The notes beneath the pieces were generated by a model. It worked only from the letters and a program-made list of their open reading frames with translations, had not been told where the DNA came from and searched no databases. Of a stretch of 64,000 nt of DNA, positions 18,001 to 22,255 are shown piece after piece. Within the stretch, counting starts at the first letter, position 1, and every line of letters starts with the position of its first letter. Location of the stretch: assembly GCA_026387335.1 (NCBI GenBank), contig JAPLLX010000004.1, forward strand, positions 189,485-253,484. The letters are read 5' to 3'. The translations under genes were made by a program, and so were the position numbers. Source of the DNA: Candidatus Omnitrophota bacterium. Its GTDB lineage: Bacteria > Omnitrophota > Gorgyraeia > Gygaellales > Profunditerraquicolaceae.

Positions 18001-19551
18001 TGTCACATCCATACCACCATCTCTGTAACTACCAAACGCGTAATAATGCGTCTCCGTCTTTATATTACTAATATCGTCAGGCCCGTTTTCATCTATTAAT
18101 GTTGCTACTTCTCTCGGTGTTACTTCAGTCTTGGCTTGATGTCCCATATCGAAAACAGTGCCAGAGGCAGCACCCATTGCGATGCCAAACGCTTCATAAC
18201 CTATAACGTTCCCGGCGAGATTAGCAAACTGCCGGCCAACATAAGGATTATTCTTAAATAAACTGGTATCTTTCAGCGCCTCATAGGCAAATACGCTGGC
18301 GCCGGCTTTGGCAGCGCCTAAAAGTGTTCCTCTTAAGGCACCCATCCCAATTGTAGAAAGAGTACTGTTTGGCTGGTAATAAGCAGTGGTTGCTCCGGAT
18401 AAGGCGGCGATTGTCACAGTACTTAATATTCCGGCGGAAGTAGGATCCATCCCGAAGTTCTGCACTGCTACGTTAGTCGCTGCCTGGGCAATTTGGCTAT
18501 AGAGCATTGCCTGGCCAAAAGAAGTAACTCCTTTACTTAATGCCTCGCCAGCACTAAGAGCAGATGCTGTTCCGGCTACTGAGAAATAGGAGTAGGCGGC
18601 TGGTATGGCGACAGAAGCAACCGTAATCCCTAACCCCAGCCACATATCCCCGTCAGAAGGTTCTTTAAATAAAGCAGAGACATCGGCATAGCCTTGCTTG
18701 TTGGATCTGGCGCCTAAGACTTGTTTGGCTTCGGCATCAGTCAAAGGGACAGTCCCCTGCGGGGACAGTCCCTGTATTAAGGCATAACCGGAAAAATCTT
18801 TAAGGAATTTCTCTATTGGCAGGAATTCTTCTTTATGTTCATCTAAGAAGTAAATTTTTTCACCGCTAATTTTAGTGATTAAAACATAGTGGTCGCCGTT
18901 TAGGTGAGCAATGAAAGGAGTTAAATCTGCGGATAACTCGGATAACTTAACCGGGTAAAGTTTAAGGCCGAAAAACTCTGAAGCTTTGGATAAGGCGTAA
19001 AGGGAATTTTTAATAACTTTGGGATTACCTTCCGGCTTGACTACGTCATTTAAGATATCTATGGTTAAGGCAAAAACCGCGATATCCTGCTCTTCTACCT
19101 TAACCCCTTTATAGCTTAAGTAGTCATAAAGCGACTTGGTACCGCATGGTTTACACACCAGCCAGTTAAACAACTCATCTATCCTCTGATTGGACATTTT
19201 CAGTGGTTTATCCAGGGTTATGGTCAGATTCTCTGAAACTTTTATAGCAGTTATGGGTTTATTGGCTATATCTTTGAGGATACTTTTTACTGCCTGAGGA
19301 ATGTTAAGATTTTGGACATTTTTAAGGTAATTTGGGGCAAATACGTTGTTGGAAGGAAGGCCAATAGCGGGTTTATTCCAGATTACGCGCCAGTCATATT
19401 CTACTGCCTGAGCTGCCTGTTCAGGCAAGAAGACTACGGCAACAACAAAAGCTGCCACGCGGATCCAAGGCTTAAAACTGGAGTGGAACTTTTCCTTGGC
19501 CGCTTCTTTGGTAACTGCCTTGTCTTCTATATTGGCTCTTGGCTTTATCAT
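1..19551 (-). CDS. Giant multidomain surface/secreted protein, 3'-truncated by the window, at least 6,517 aa
   Basis: ATG at 19551 (MIKPRANIEDKAVTKEAAKEKFHSSFKPWIRVAAFVVAVVFLPEQAAQAVEYDW...). It is in frame with codon 3..1, and no stop appears in the segments I translated (most of 1-6100, 8300-10100, 18000-19551, spot checks elsewhere). The ORF track shows no ORF in this frame, as expected for an ORF with no stop in the window. Confidence 0.92.
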   Translation of the reverse strand, partial: MIKPRANIEDKAVTKEAAKEKFHSSFKPWIRVAAFVVAVVFLPEQAAQAVEYDWRVIWNKPAIGLPSNNVFAPNYLKNVQNLNIPQAVKSILKDIANKPITAIKVSENLTITLDKPLKMSNQRIDELFNWLVCKPCGTKSLYDYLSYKGVKVEEQDIAVFALTIDILNDVVKPEGNPKVIKNSLYALSKASEFFGLKLYPVKLSELSADLTPFIAHLNGDHYVLITKISGEKIYFLDEHKEEFLPIEKFLKDFSGYALIQGLSPQGTVPLTDAEAKQVLGARSNKQGYADVSALFKEPSDGDMWLGLGITVASVAIPAAYSYFSVAGTASALSAGEALSKGVTSFGQAMLYSQIAQAATNVAVQNFGMDPTSAGILSTVTIAALSGATTAYYQPNSTLSTIGMGALRGTLLGAAKAGASVFAYEALKDTSLFKNNPYVGRQFANLAGNVIGYEAFGIAMGAASGTVFDMGHQAKTEVTPREVATLIDENGPDDISNIKTETHYYAFGSYRDGGMDVTKNISGNIIQEGGKSSAYVAPSTAYQGALYALQDMKGSLISQGVGLAVEYAASQGVFGSELKKHPNYSRLLGEPLGGIAGANANKLTWDQAAFNGLLSGGVSAGLNALGGDFDKVTDKNKWGLTRLQMEGVNWLGTATLYSAAGTIIAANKSTAELGEKSWAGYAGRLFNKRFEEFATNYVSLGGTSPVYTKGAGGWSEIQYIEKIAQLAGTSDFKANADYLMKQKGYTDWGKFIDDGNLSSLLPSASYSLVNYAKSTLHFASVNNLVGLGRDIIYPTFFPTVIKAKESGITSTINIKMVPAVLWGDTGLYQYFNEKDIVEYVSGYRSEFNGNPLSNKYDSQANKDFIKKNISISSNIDESVSLKLLLPETSAYNTNANSKPRDQAGNKKLSEDSYPAADYLDRAKKFKTSLQNSGPAAGVEATETEKWLTWVVKNAGSPFLDYAKSLYGPGSGVVVNVESASAEVNKMTGTVGVLVHNKDGQLSLDPNSLNYAKGAQWKVPEFAIRGKDNIKGQAYYADKYTGVRFDSSTYLGHRKEQSGEITIGDGNFYGDGAFIKEIINPGDTKKFEKIKDVNGVENDLTLRQLDYLYTFDVLGKQTFDAKLSYARGEYEQRYRQEIMSSKPADNFLESKLGGESLMTPVPKQDVLSALFDNKSIVAKTKGTIYDLGEFGGNPVLLVNGDLIIPTPKAGGEGKESPQTDMVALTRAGSFQDSNKIPMTTARGFGGWVANIDHQNGNIVGLDLSSLNFAKGAKWSGENGFEMVRDNSKGDNTPIAEGDRNTRLVTSYSVHKDGSITFNSLGIRPGGDKENKGILTIGVNDSTLSETYLKEKITERLYFNPELIKKIDKDFETGKTVLIEAAEKGEFTDAKGGKIKDSRLQAKLIGEIKNINSAEKLKEFLSNGVSYIISSWAAYRIGNEIPDEVIFGNAVQKGHSLDWEVARQTGKDTSEVVLKGNSPLVGQLAFKGTDAATSKEFNIRPIQHWGGPAPLVFSGAVNPSLSRGLENSASLYEKNGPLEGWKLQESTKDGVKESYLINDNDKEKKVKVTVAKDQAGKDIISVPWDDSKNELRVQNNSESLPKLSRDFTYEIDHERYQQNPTGPVYFSKSGILTGMDFDKEDKFKFDLVTEAQGIKYSGARTSKSYEINKDKTVETYEGVYKLVQDQKTKKYNLIDPASKVVIYDNVDVSKGRVIVAGLDFPDGMSLLRNVAINLGPDGKISHVNLHWIGANYNQKEAEISFKANGEIEGVGQLTETFLAKPYLKDSEPGSKIDTKNKDRIIINGVGSKAGVLHIVSSFANYAVQEKDKAGVWNWVTPKDKILFDSELQDRHQVIWALTNVKDGGKAGVGTSPIIGQELLVNKEDGIARPALLIKALPFMNEGMEGSTADKAFKDKVGILKEKGYLDKAAVIKGDKDPLYKTAVEKLQADLKVKTDGIWGQKTDAALNKDKYFVLGEKGETQVVKVKDRLGAVILPSEESSVPVMLGVGINGDVQYKVITQAEGLAYAAPKGFKMPWSLSTDEKKGVASITYLQSTKASGTIDFPNGQPSKNEMSQKNYSLKTSEEVYFTKEDGKEKFVTKKEMRENLEKPLKELEKSNETKKDEKIKGLLEKARKSLDKEDFNGTSKLLNSAIAIDAFLNFKARPQDDKVRIAFMQDLVNKGWATEDEIKSDIADLNSKTGLAEYMRTYSKKIGFYDISQLKGFNKAEAEKAGLTEEVYVKGKLNDEQKAVIKKAELLTRVDALNKTDKENTTSYSEYYQENAKKLGWNQWVDDYRSGKIATLPSNFAGFEKWVADIYQQHSDAQRSAVLQRITKIHNDTGDSRFDPGVNGEKLNTAINNLNKAIEGEEFKGKLSIAGISIPLEDTSEGKIKNYLKAGSSGYAAMIDILGAPLAYLIDKPNEWLGAEPNYWRNRLWEKADNLIKQRDQLLNGEIQASGGDLAKDALFWAMLGYPVGSLGRGVVATAKEIAPSLGSRLAARFGVESQAGKAAINLLANPYTISEVVTLVVPNVVSLCTTGEFLPRETNALLAIAGLATPVASKVLSSLIVEGATLASPFLAKVGYAMGTQAPLWGQINLTTAVIGNLVGLNETGTARALSFGEGLGIYGEGLRDGAAFGLALTGAGALVANGGIIKNTINNLSTALRINTESSIVRYGTSFALGAVSLPLLSTGLKTMSGEGYLLDNIQSSYTWVNVLTGGLIGLGIKGLPAATPAGLNLARAEYGAITGAGIKLTHDSLDAYRSGNNYTFGQAVASVFGGAAIGTLAASYLGTTKNIFSPTSRAGYMAERDFSLQALYSVPTKLFNSSVRGALTWLYVSPSFTVSGALWRGALVNMEHAIDGKPSVPWFAIEKRDASNNIVKGEYVDLFSSKQGQTELLSSFVYGPRSGVWMAPAIGILQTRASEKLSISENAALSIQKPFSNETLNHAWSLGVFMPGVVTGLKESVNYFGNTGKYSLASLSNLIDGNGLTPKDRAVFSTPESEFIQWAGFFRVPAAAPVMSKNERSIFGGITEMLTKRGRATIISPEEAKSNVRPDWMKPGASERIIPVDKAAEVTATGKIDSLIVGQVAYAKEGSKVFYRDGFLGRRVNSFEVTPEIKRAAETRIKSDYYNVAADPVINIYGGVKDKDQANMLEKMVLGARYVAGSVKPLVLSIFAPPSAGKSTAGIIAELGLIQNGTYGPKAKMLVVVEQSDTHADQVYDKTMGDVRRAAEKGNAFAKSIVDADRIVRWRVKDSDQPAINFADKSAVIVSEHDLQYLMGLREMPREQLSAHDKALTELLDKAVLTNTDYLDNPSLQISDGFDKISKEEFDSQKALVERAHKFLTETLNGELSLKSLDDKYEITRSRDKDGETIVDPAGNDALIEAFLRYSAGEKLEQERLDLDALRKTPEGERLVAALKASMVARAEVTGLDKLTAFDAERNKWVIIPLNPSGRAHDLRVANSLQAIADVVIHNARVRDTSRPENVEIPLNYEQVEIQGAGHAMVSFAKMLDTAEKMGAVATVLFAGAMTDRQKDTMRIVFGMDSVGEVSKPILDANLNVVGVNNVNNNAIFELGSKETSNKGKDVTIYVDTQKSEQHGDSQLSIGDFSAFYKDNTRFILDQRGIWQMVEVGRELKDAKPVSEVIKNSGRNNSPIEYVTEQIASGKGVKVLISRPNTYGIDINGVSDKAVLVAIADSKSELLPIFQGSRRLRPVSGSDFDSVDRVLIVRDLSGVDVKSLEGVKELEKLFGKNQDQADKQDLLHKERDLIRDAKFKINLLLGSLLGPKAMEKIAQVNRLEQGNDSVRQLQNVRGQADLTVEHLDTERDHGMKFLRDQWGQGDLRELYPEKPKTAQEMKAKAIVDEFILFRDAYSKIEKALRAELKNEYEGKPAYKQLTPEQVRAIFAKEFTGKDYPKFTSANMEYGVTVRGEKRGVPSAVPSEELGPVTFENFAKGQPALAEKFNNLPAETQALFVRGGYMVGRGGLNLAMQTVQLWDERERKEVNVFLNRIGLPELALPEADILITPEQSFDLAVNLAQRGYIDVSNPYRGVDSIVRVATLTSLAADKLAGTAFTPTEVERLQLGLDNPVEFLTRNLQKGNSSLESALIKFNAQRHSSIFKDKRTMGGLQQVAVAMGKTQSLIDLMPLVLPLGPTQVEAYRQLNLSGISSKVLGRLSIADYLFLNSDPLARGQLFATSTNAATRQAADLMNTFMQTQGVVKRDVLRRFVDNPQQEAQRLGLPPKEIENVAAAFRELLNSTSGKTVQYALVVETLKNKNLVNSKDIHTGLRKLGINPQFEYGLRFNDAENALVAQRTSQGQENVKFEDILINPQEHENAFFRLLGPDIASRLLGNGSSLFTRQQALEFINNIQSANPDDARLDNSLKILNGLTDDASLYLVFRALQPAQTFIAEQEFKAQGSTAVEKEMGSNWYGKDKGYEGVQVEIGPSGFLRGPDKTKNTSAQVYEPSVGEKNYTIKADSVDNFVITKDAQGKLSIRLNLAGHYNFGRGAHEAFHIAVKNIGSNPSNIVILSPNGRDIDAEATVTAQQNYANLLAEMGTLENRELSESDFSISELGVNEGLTRFLSMRALINSLNSAEDTERQNLLATESTTLGGFTGHANKVLKTEQTVDKVLNDITELFKKGELLGKIHSDVTEEKSLVDLKLNDLLEKMKKQMDTAAPVEEKAAVNDNTGGSSSISGPNAKVQILAGALSALTGARIVSSSIAETGAALEYIGKIVNRLFGAVARMLGGQKPDQTTSPLERRSPMPLPVAGTVVSGVGASSSVTRALTALDLSPASLLYAGKVIQFNTIATPNPVVGTGTGVAPPASSPTNSDSKFVGVKDIRAYKLGVIEANEFKSLAGSQSANKETSGSIRATSSPLNSGVFVSGIPTKTSSSPANNSTITDLEKAIKLLNRLLGQDYFRNNKDDRMMLEGLRQKDPTAYGTVLRAIQDRDFEKARSEMYGLIRSAVKGIMNVEDNIPHLKAVLMRWFNDSYFEDTTVNSITDEDITNRYVIGLSIIANYVKTAQLHPELQEGLSEEIIRELFNGIANGNIVAAVQKIVRKEIQELEENNERTHKKAKEELAGFFSKMQGVVKEEVRGLSTKVNDQGEEIVNLRKAIDDGDKSVLRAVEGIIQGFDGRLRIAEGKRGIQPADCLPGSFYTVDSVLAAEIEEAERKLGRGLLLNELNQIAKGRLQYYLLSPKIIESMDSNTLGNLNLIVVQSGHAFLVRGKYANGDLMVTEYNNKGEVTETRPVSIESVALYNGKIVSIIHWNNVSAVENYKKENNLDDKDIREIKKEEMDEVSGVIGYIQELNGSSGGGSAQGGTGTGAAAGNGGAAAGPKGTGKGKGGFGEGPEAANFNLTNGASEAYGIVDWLNIISEDRKRVSGLAPPTVILSSSSAVNIKNILSNISNAYLTAGIFLFVSLVLPIQSFAATAANNILTVGKGDTWGHIVLEYFGKSGMKLWGEKGRAIETWRQVKGANQSYSAMDHINAGQQIDVSKILTVPGVPPAPQAPKGEESILSKILDYFTTNPKMIWAIAIVAIIILGLIAVKIYLNHRAEKVRKAAEEAAKLATQQEAERKAAEERDRLAKETVTKKVTEDAKKTPEAADKANVEGIKDEKIVDEKGHVSAKDNAGVQAEVTAENKQDPVNATASKDLFSTANDLLILGNSEYDAEEYFKALATYQKVEGILIKYSLEVKDQLTNAVISEESKAALIKQALELNNKLYEIEVKIAGCSSKITSEATNFANQINPGKANGGSSPVRELPVSANIPIETVTVSSSPINKLVTTSFLGTLRNILEKGRSYFRLEASITAQPKETGVGVTNLSLAPPLARIAASVSNFLIQMYRVIIGGGKNGKPNVEISGRNEKDRIRVFEGRISRSSLKSYSNELRGQGHYRTETPSLRLLEARFVKPVSNHAKGYNGLSPPCAALIAILLNSAVVISLLLVLSFTNSDINNLINLTRPLAFSVAGELAAYVVVNGGAGALLQGLTPLVAAITTIIEGGVPCVLSMLMILGLITLLTSPRTTLLLPQLVRTPAVISGSSSLTMLWELSTRATAVPIVGRRSSALRASSSVSRLAMQGDVFPSTKSTARTTKNRDGSVREPSLTVGSSPVFSSPIKKSSKTYWLKIVTVVALLVISAFTAIYHIHGRHERIQPTIEALRKADPAIFTKEDKVFKDFKSLVKYLMEIARVNRNLELGADYCYLGKDGWHLKIGAIGEEDGVVIKNIPGSILLHFHTSNGELSLEDLYSTLNRQSIIVSPDEVLVFKDEHKEKHNKFRGIFERAGNQAEALRRGKKVSEEKYLGKFMDLLKEHTSEEDHNGIYQDIFVQAGGEYLETIENIRVALGLKIIKFTWTSSSPAASSSVNVTYNSQGRLVKYASGEAITETIDGIEVITITKQASEVLAETARIKKNLEEFDFLGITKLSAEARKAEASKALGLEPDASKKTIKTMYRGLARLFHSDTSPVKVDGIYIQTLNSIKETLEESSSSSANKALDMAILNIIE
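1202..1230. repeat. Palindromic element, family A (AGGGACGG...CCGTCCCT), inside the giant gene just 3' of nested ORF 1235-1504
   Basis: 8-bp perfect inverted repeat with the same ends as the element at 24352-24427. Confidence 0.7.
1235..1504 (-). CDS. Nested 89-aa ORF in an alternate frame of the giant gene
   Basis: Preceded by AGAAGGAGGTGTACC-ATG (strong SD) and followed by a hairpin. Composition is protein-like, while the giant frame here reads like off-frame sequence. Confidence 0.55.
   Translation of the reverse strand: MCPINVDDIRIDHIVDFAKDHTTFAAARENASGHLRIFLINDVMGTIYTRNGRADSWEEIIGVKSELIRVKISDARGCVPIYKVNGTHN
1812..1958 (-). CDS. Nested 48-aa ORF in the other alternate frame of the giant gene (MGNLMLKFQEEMKRIESEYLREELAARRLRAIQMSLEDRGIIEPKLPH)
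   Basis: GGAGGAGGGAAAA-ATG at 1958, TAA at 1812-1814; charged helical peptide. Confidence 0.5.
   Translation of the reverse strand: MGNLMLKFQEEMKRIESEYLREELAARRLRAIQMSLEDRGIIEPKLPH
18746..18772. repeat. Palindromic element, family A (GGGACAGTCCCCTGCGGGGACAGTCCC), in frame inside the giant gene
   Basis: Tandem GGGACAGTCCC near-palindromes; encodes GLSPQGTVP right after the C39 domain. Confidence 0.65.
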
Positions 19552-19687
19552 TTTATTTTTATATTACTATATACATAAAATGCAAAATAAAAGTTCCCCT
19601 TTACCCCATTACTCTTTTTAGCTTGCGAGTGAGAGTCTTTCATATTTTGTTTTATAAAGCGTTTGTAAAATCCCTTACTAAGCTTCT

Positions 19688-19730
19688 AAAAAGAAAAACC
19701 GAACTGTCAAATTTCCGTCGGTAATTCGGC
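19688..19730 (-). terminator. Intrinsic terminator, riboswitch expression platform
   Basis: Minus strand GCCGAAUU...AGUUCGGU stem followed by UUUUCUUUUU; the 5' arm overlaps the aptamer 3' end. Confidence 0.6.
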
Positions 19731-19828
19731 AGCCCGGCTATCCTTTGATAGGCACTATTTTTGTTTCTTTGGGACCCGCGGCTTTGCGCCCCCGGATTTC
19801 TCCGGGTTTGCCATTTCGTTACTTACCT
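19718..19828 (-). ncRNA. Cyclic di-GMP-I (GEMM) riboswitch
   Basis: Minus strand AAAUGGCAAACCCGGAGAAAUCCGGGGGCGCAAAGCCGCGGGUCCC...GGAUAGCCGGGCUGCCGAA shows the GGCAAA, GAAA tetraloop, CGCAAAGC and GCCGRGYUGCC hallmarks of the class. Confidence 0.9.
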
Positions 19829-19841
19829 CAACTACAAGCAG

Positions 19842-19869
19842 AGTATAACACATAGCTCGTCGCTGTCAA
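19842..19869 (-). promoter_or_regulatory. Sigma70-type promoter for the riboswitch and giant gene
   Basis: TTGACA-16 nt-TATACT with an extended -10 TG. Confidence 0.75.
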
Positions 19870-20056
19870 GCTAAAAAAGGGCTTATTTTGGTACCGCTTT
19901 CAATATCAAAAACCGGCCTAATTATGGTTAAAAAAGTGGGCTAAAATCGCACTTTTTGAAGCGTACTTAATCCCTAAAAACGCGATTATTTTGCCATTTT
20001 AATGGCTCGTAATGACGAAAATGAGTAGTTTGCGCAACGCCACAAATATTAGTAAT

Positions 20057-20125
20057 TAGACTGGACATTTTTAGGTGATTCTCGATATAGAATGGACATT
20101 AGGAAGTACTAGATTGGACAATCTA
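20057..20125. promoter_or_regulatory. Three direct copies of TAGAnTGGACA, putative operator
   Basis: Copies at 20057, 20088 and 20110; a related copy CAGATTGGACAT at 32892. Confidence 0.4.
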
Positions 20126-20199
20126 ATGAGATATAAATGCTCATTTATTTATGTTAGACTTTATGATTTATAACGTCAATTATAGTAGAAAGTAGATTA

Positions 20200-20567
20200 A
20201 TGACTAATATCCAAGCCCCAATGACGAATAAAATCCCAATGACTCAAATTCCAAGTAAGAAATACGACCTGCGAGAAAGAACTGCTAAGTCGAGAATAGC
20301 CTGACCAGGCCATTAATAAGTCAACTGGTCAGGGCTGGCACAAGCGTAGGAGCTAATTATTGCGAAGCAGATGATTCTACAACAAAGAAAGATTTCGTGT
20401 ACAAGATTGGTACTTGTAGAAGAGAATCTAAAGAATCAAAATACTGGTTAAGAATACTCACGGCAGCAGCACCTTCTCTAGCGGAAGAAACAAAACCATT
20501 GTTATCTGAAGCTCAAGAACTAAATTTAATATTTTCTGCGATTATTAATAGATCTCAAAATAAATAA
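20200..20567 (+). pseudogene. Frameshifted four-helix-bundle protein (23S rRNA IVP/Avd-like family)
   Basis: One frame gives ...KKYDLRERTAK then TGA at 20302. Another frame continues ENSLTRPLISQLVRAGTSVGANYCEADDSTTKKDFVYKIGTCRRESKESKYWL...QNK* to 20567, consistent with an internal deletion. Confidence 0.8.
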
Positions 20568-20623
20568 TTGTAACTTGGAATTTGGAACTTCATTCGTCAT
20601 TGGGATTTGGTGATTGGGATTTT
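20205..20623. repeat. Inverted repeats flanking the four-helix-bundle pseudogene
   Basis: CCCAATGACGAAT (20217-20229) pairs with ATTCGTCATTGGG (20592-20604); CAAATTCCAAGT (20245-20256) pairs with ACTTGGAATTTG (20573-20584). Confidence 0.75.
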
Positions 20624-20634
20624 GGGTGTATTTA

Positions 20635-21849
20635 TTAAAAGCTAAGTAGGAACCTTAGGCCGCAGACTATCTCAGTGCCTTCTGCCTTATCAACACTGGG
20701 ATGAGTAACTACTTGGAGGTTGGGAGTCAGAGCCATACATCCGTTTAGATAATAGCTGTAATAGGCTTCGTACATAGTTTCAGCGCGCCAGGTTTCATCG
20801 TAGCCATTTGCTTCCCGGTAGTCATCACCAACAATAGATTGGGCTACTCCTATTCCCAGGCAGTCAAATTTACGCCCTGGAAAAGGTTCAGTAACTTGAG
20901 CGCCGCAAGACCAGAAATACTCAATATCCCTGACCTTGGGGTCAGCAACTCCGTAGCGGAAAAAGAGGGTTGCGTTCTTAGTTATTGCCTGGTCAAAACT
21001 CAAAGCAAACCCGGAATCATTCTTTTTGGTTTCGTCAGAATTAAGGTAGTCTAGCTTTTGATGATTAGTATAAAAGATAAAACGGTAATTACCCTGCAAG
21101 GAGCCGAACTTAGGGGTTAAACCGAGCTCATTGATAAAAAACGCGCTGTTGAACGCATCGCTTAAGCCTGTTTTTGTGTAACTGACCTTGGCCGTGCCTG
21201 TGCCGGACTGAAAATAGAGCCATTCGTAGGGTTCAAAATTTACCAACGCGGCTATCCCTATATAAGGAAAAGGAATAGTCGGGTTATTTACCAGCGCGCT
21301 GGATGAAAATTGCGTATCCCCGCAACCCGCGACTTCATTATAATCAAACCAATCGGACAGATTCAGTTTACCGGCGGTAAAAGTTATCTCATCTTTAAAA
21401 AGTTTCTGCTCTATATACAACGCAGGTAAATAAAACCAGGCGCTTTCGCCTGCATTATCACTAAATACTGAATAGGTAGGTAAAAACTTGTCCACGCCCT
21501 TTCCTTTATCCATCTCAAACTCGGCGAAGAGCGCTCCTCCCGGCCAAAGCTTCTGTTCAATTTCAAGATCCCAATACCAGGGGCCGCGGGACTTGCCTTC
21601 ATCGTGTTTACTCTTGATTATCGCCTGTTGAGCGTAGTTAAAAAGGAAAGCGAATCTTGTCCCGTATTTTTCGGCAAAGCTCTCCCTTTGCGCGTCAAAA
21701 TCTTTAAGCCAACTATCTACGGGGGATATTTCGACTTTCTCTTCTTCCTGCTCAGATACCTCTAAAGGTGTACGCGCTGCTTGAGAAGATGGGATGGCAA
21801 CGGATAGGGTTAAGGTGACGAGGAGAATATAAACATTATTTAAGCACAA
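20635..21849 (-). CDS. Carbohydrate-selective porin, OprB family
   Basis: Signal peptide; motifs LYIEQKL, GKLNLSDWFDYN, YEAYY, TPNLQVV; terminal Phe. Confidence 0.8.
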   Translation of the reverse strand: MCLNNVYILLVTLTLSVAIPSSQAARTPLEVSEQEEEKVEISPVDSWLKDFDAQRESFAEKYGTRFAFLFNYAQQAIIKSKHDEGKSRGPWYWDLEIEQKLWPGGALFAEFEMDKGKGVDKFLPTYSVFSDNAGESAWFYLPALYIEQKLFKDEITFTAGKLNLSDWFDYNEVAGCGDTQFSSSALVNNPTIPFPYIGIAALVNFEPYEWLYFQSGTGTAKVSYTKTGLSDAFNSAFFINELGLTPKFGSLQGNYRFIFYTNHQKLDYLNSDETKKNDSGFALSFDQAITKNATLFFRYGVADPKVRDIEYFWSCGAQVTEPFPGRKFDCLGIGVAQSIVGDDYREANGYDETWRAETMYEAYYSYYLNGCMALTPNLQVVTHPSVDKAEGTEIVCGLRFLLSF

Positions 21850-22255
21850 TTATATTTTCCTTCAAAAATTTCTGTATCGCCCTTAGGATTTCCTTCTTAA
21901 ATTTCGGAGGGCTCTGGGCGATCCACATCGTAAAATTATAAAGTTCCTGCGTGTCAACCTTCAGCCATTTCCTGTTTTTATGCAGGAAAACAAATAGGGC
22001 GGTCATAGCGATTCTTTTGTTCCCGTTTTGAAAAGGATGATTTTTAATCATCAGATAAAACAGAATACCGGCTTTAGCGACAAGACCGGAATAAAGAGAT
22101 TTCCCGGTAAAGGTCTGGAAAGGTGCGGCTAAAGAGCTTTCTAGGACGTTAGGGTAGCGCGTAGAAAATCCGGGTATAGGCTCATTAAAAGATAGTAATT
22201 CCTTGGCCAACCGGAAGGCAATATACTCTACTTCTTTTACATTTAATTTTTTCAT
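21836..22255 (-). CDS. Fic/Doc (death-on-curing) family protein
   Basis: HPFQNGNKR Fic motif. Confidence 0.88.
   Translation of the reverse strand: MKKLNVKEVEYIAFRLAKELLSFNEPIPGFSTRYPNVLESSLAAPFQTFTGKSLYSGLVAKAGILFYLMIKNHPFQNGNKRIAMTALFVFLHKNRKWLKVDTQELYNFTMWIAQSPPKFKKEILRAIQKFLKENIIVLK

Noticed and set aside
1-19551. Alternative genetic code or pseudogene region to explain the ORF-poor 19 kb
   Set aside because: A standard-code minus frame is open wherever checked, and neighbouring genes use all three stop codons normally.
167-19724. Many short plus-strand ORFs in the track
   Set aside because: Antisense shadows of the giant minus-strand gene and its leader; no recognisable motifs.
19718-19828. 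cGAMP-sensing variant of the riboswitch
   Set aside because: The position equivalent to nucleotide 20 is G, not A.
20200-20567. Diversity-generating retroelement, because of the Avd-like gene
   Set aside because: No reverse transcriptase and no template/variable repeat pair seen.
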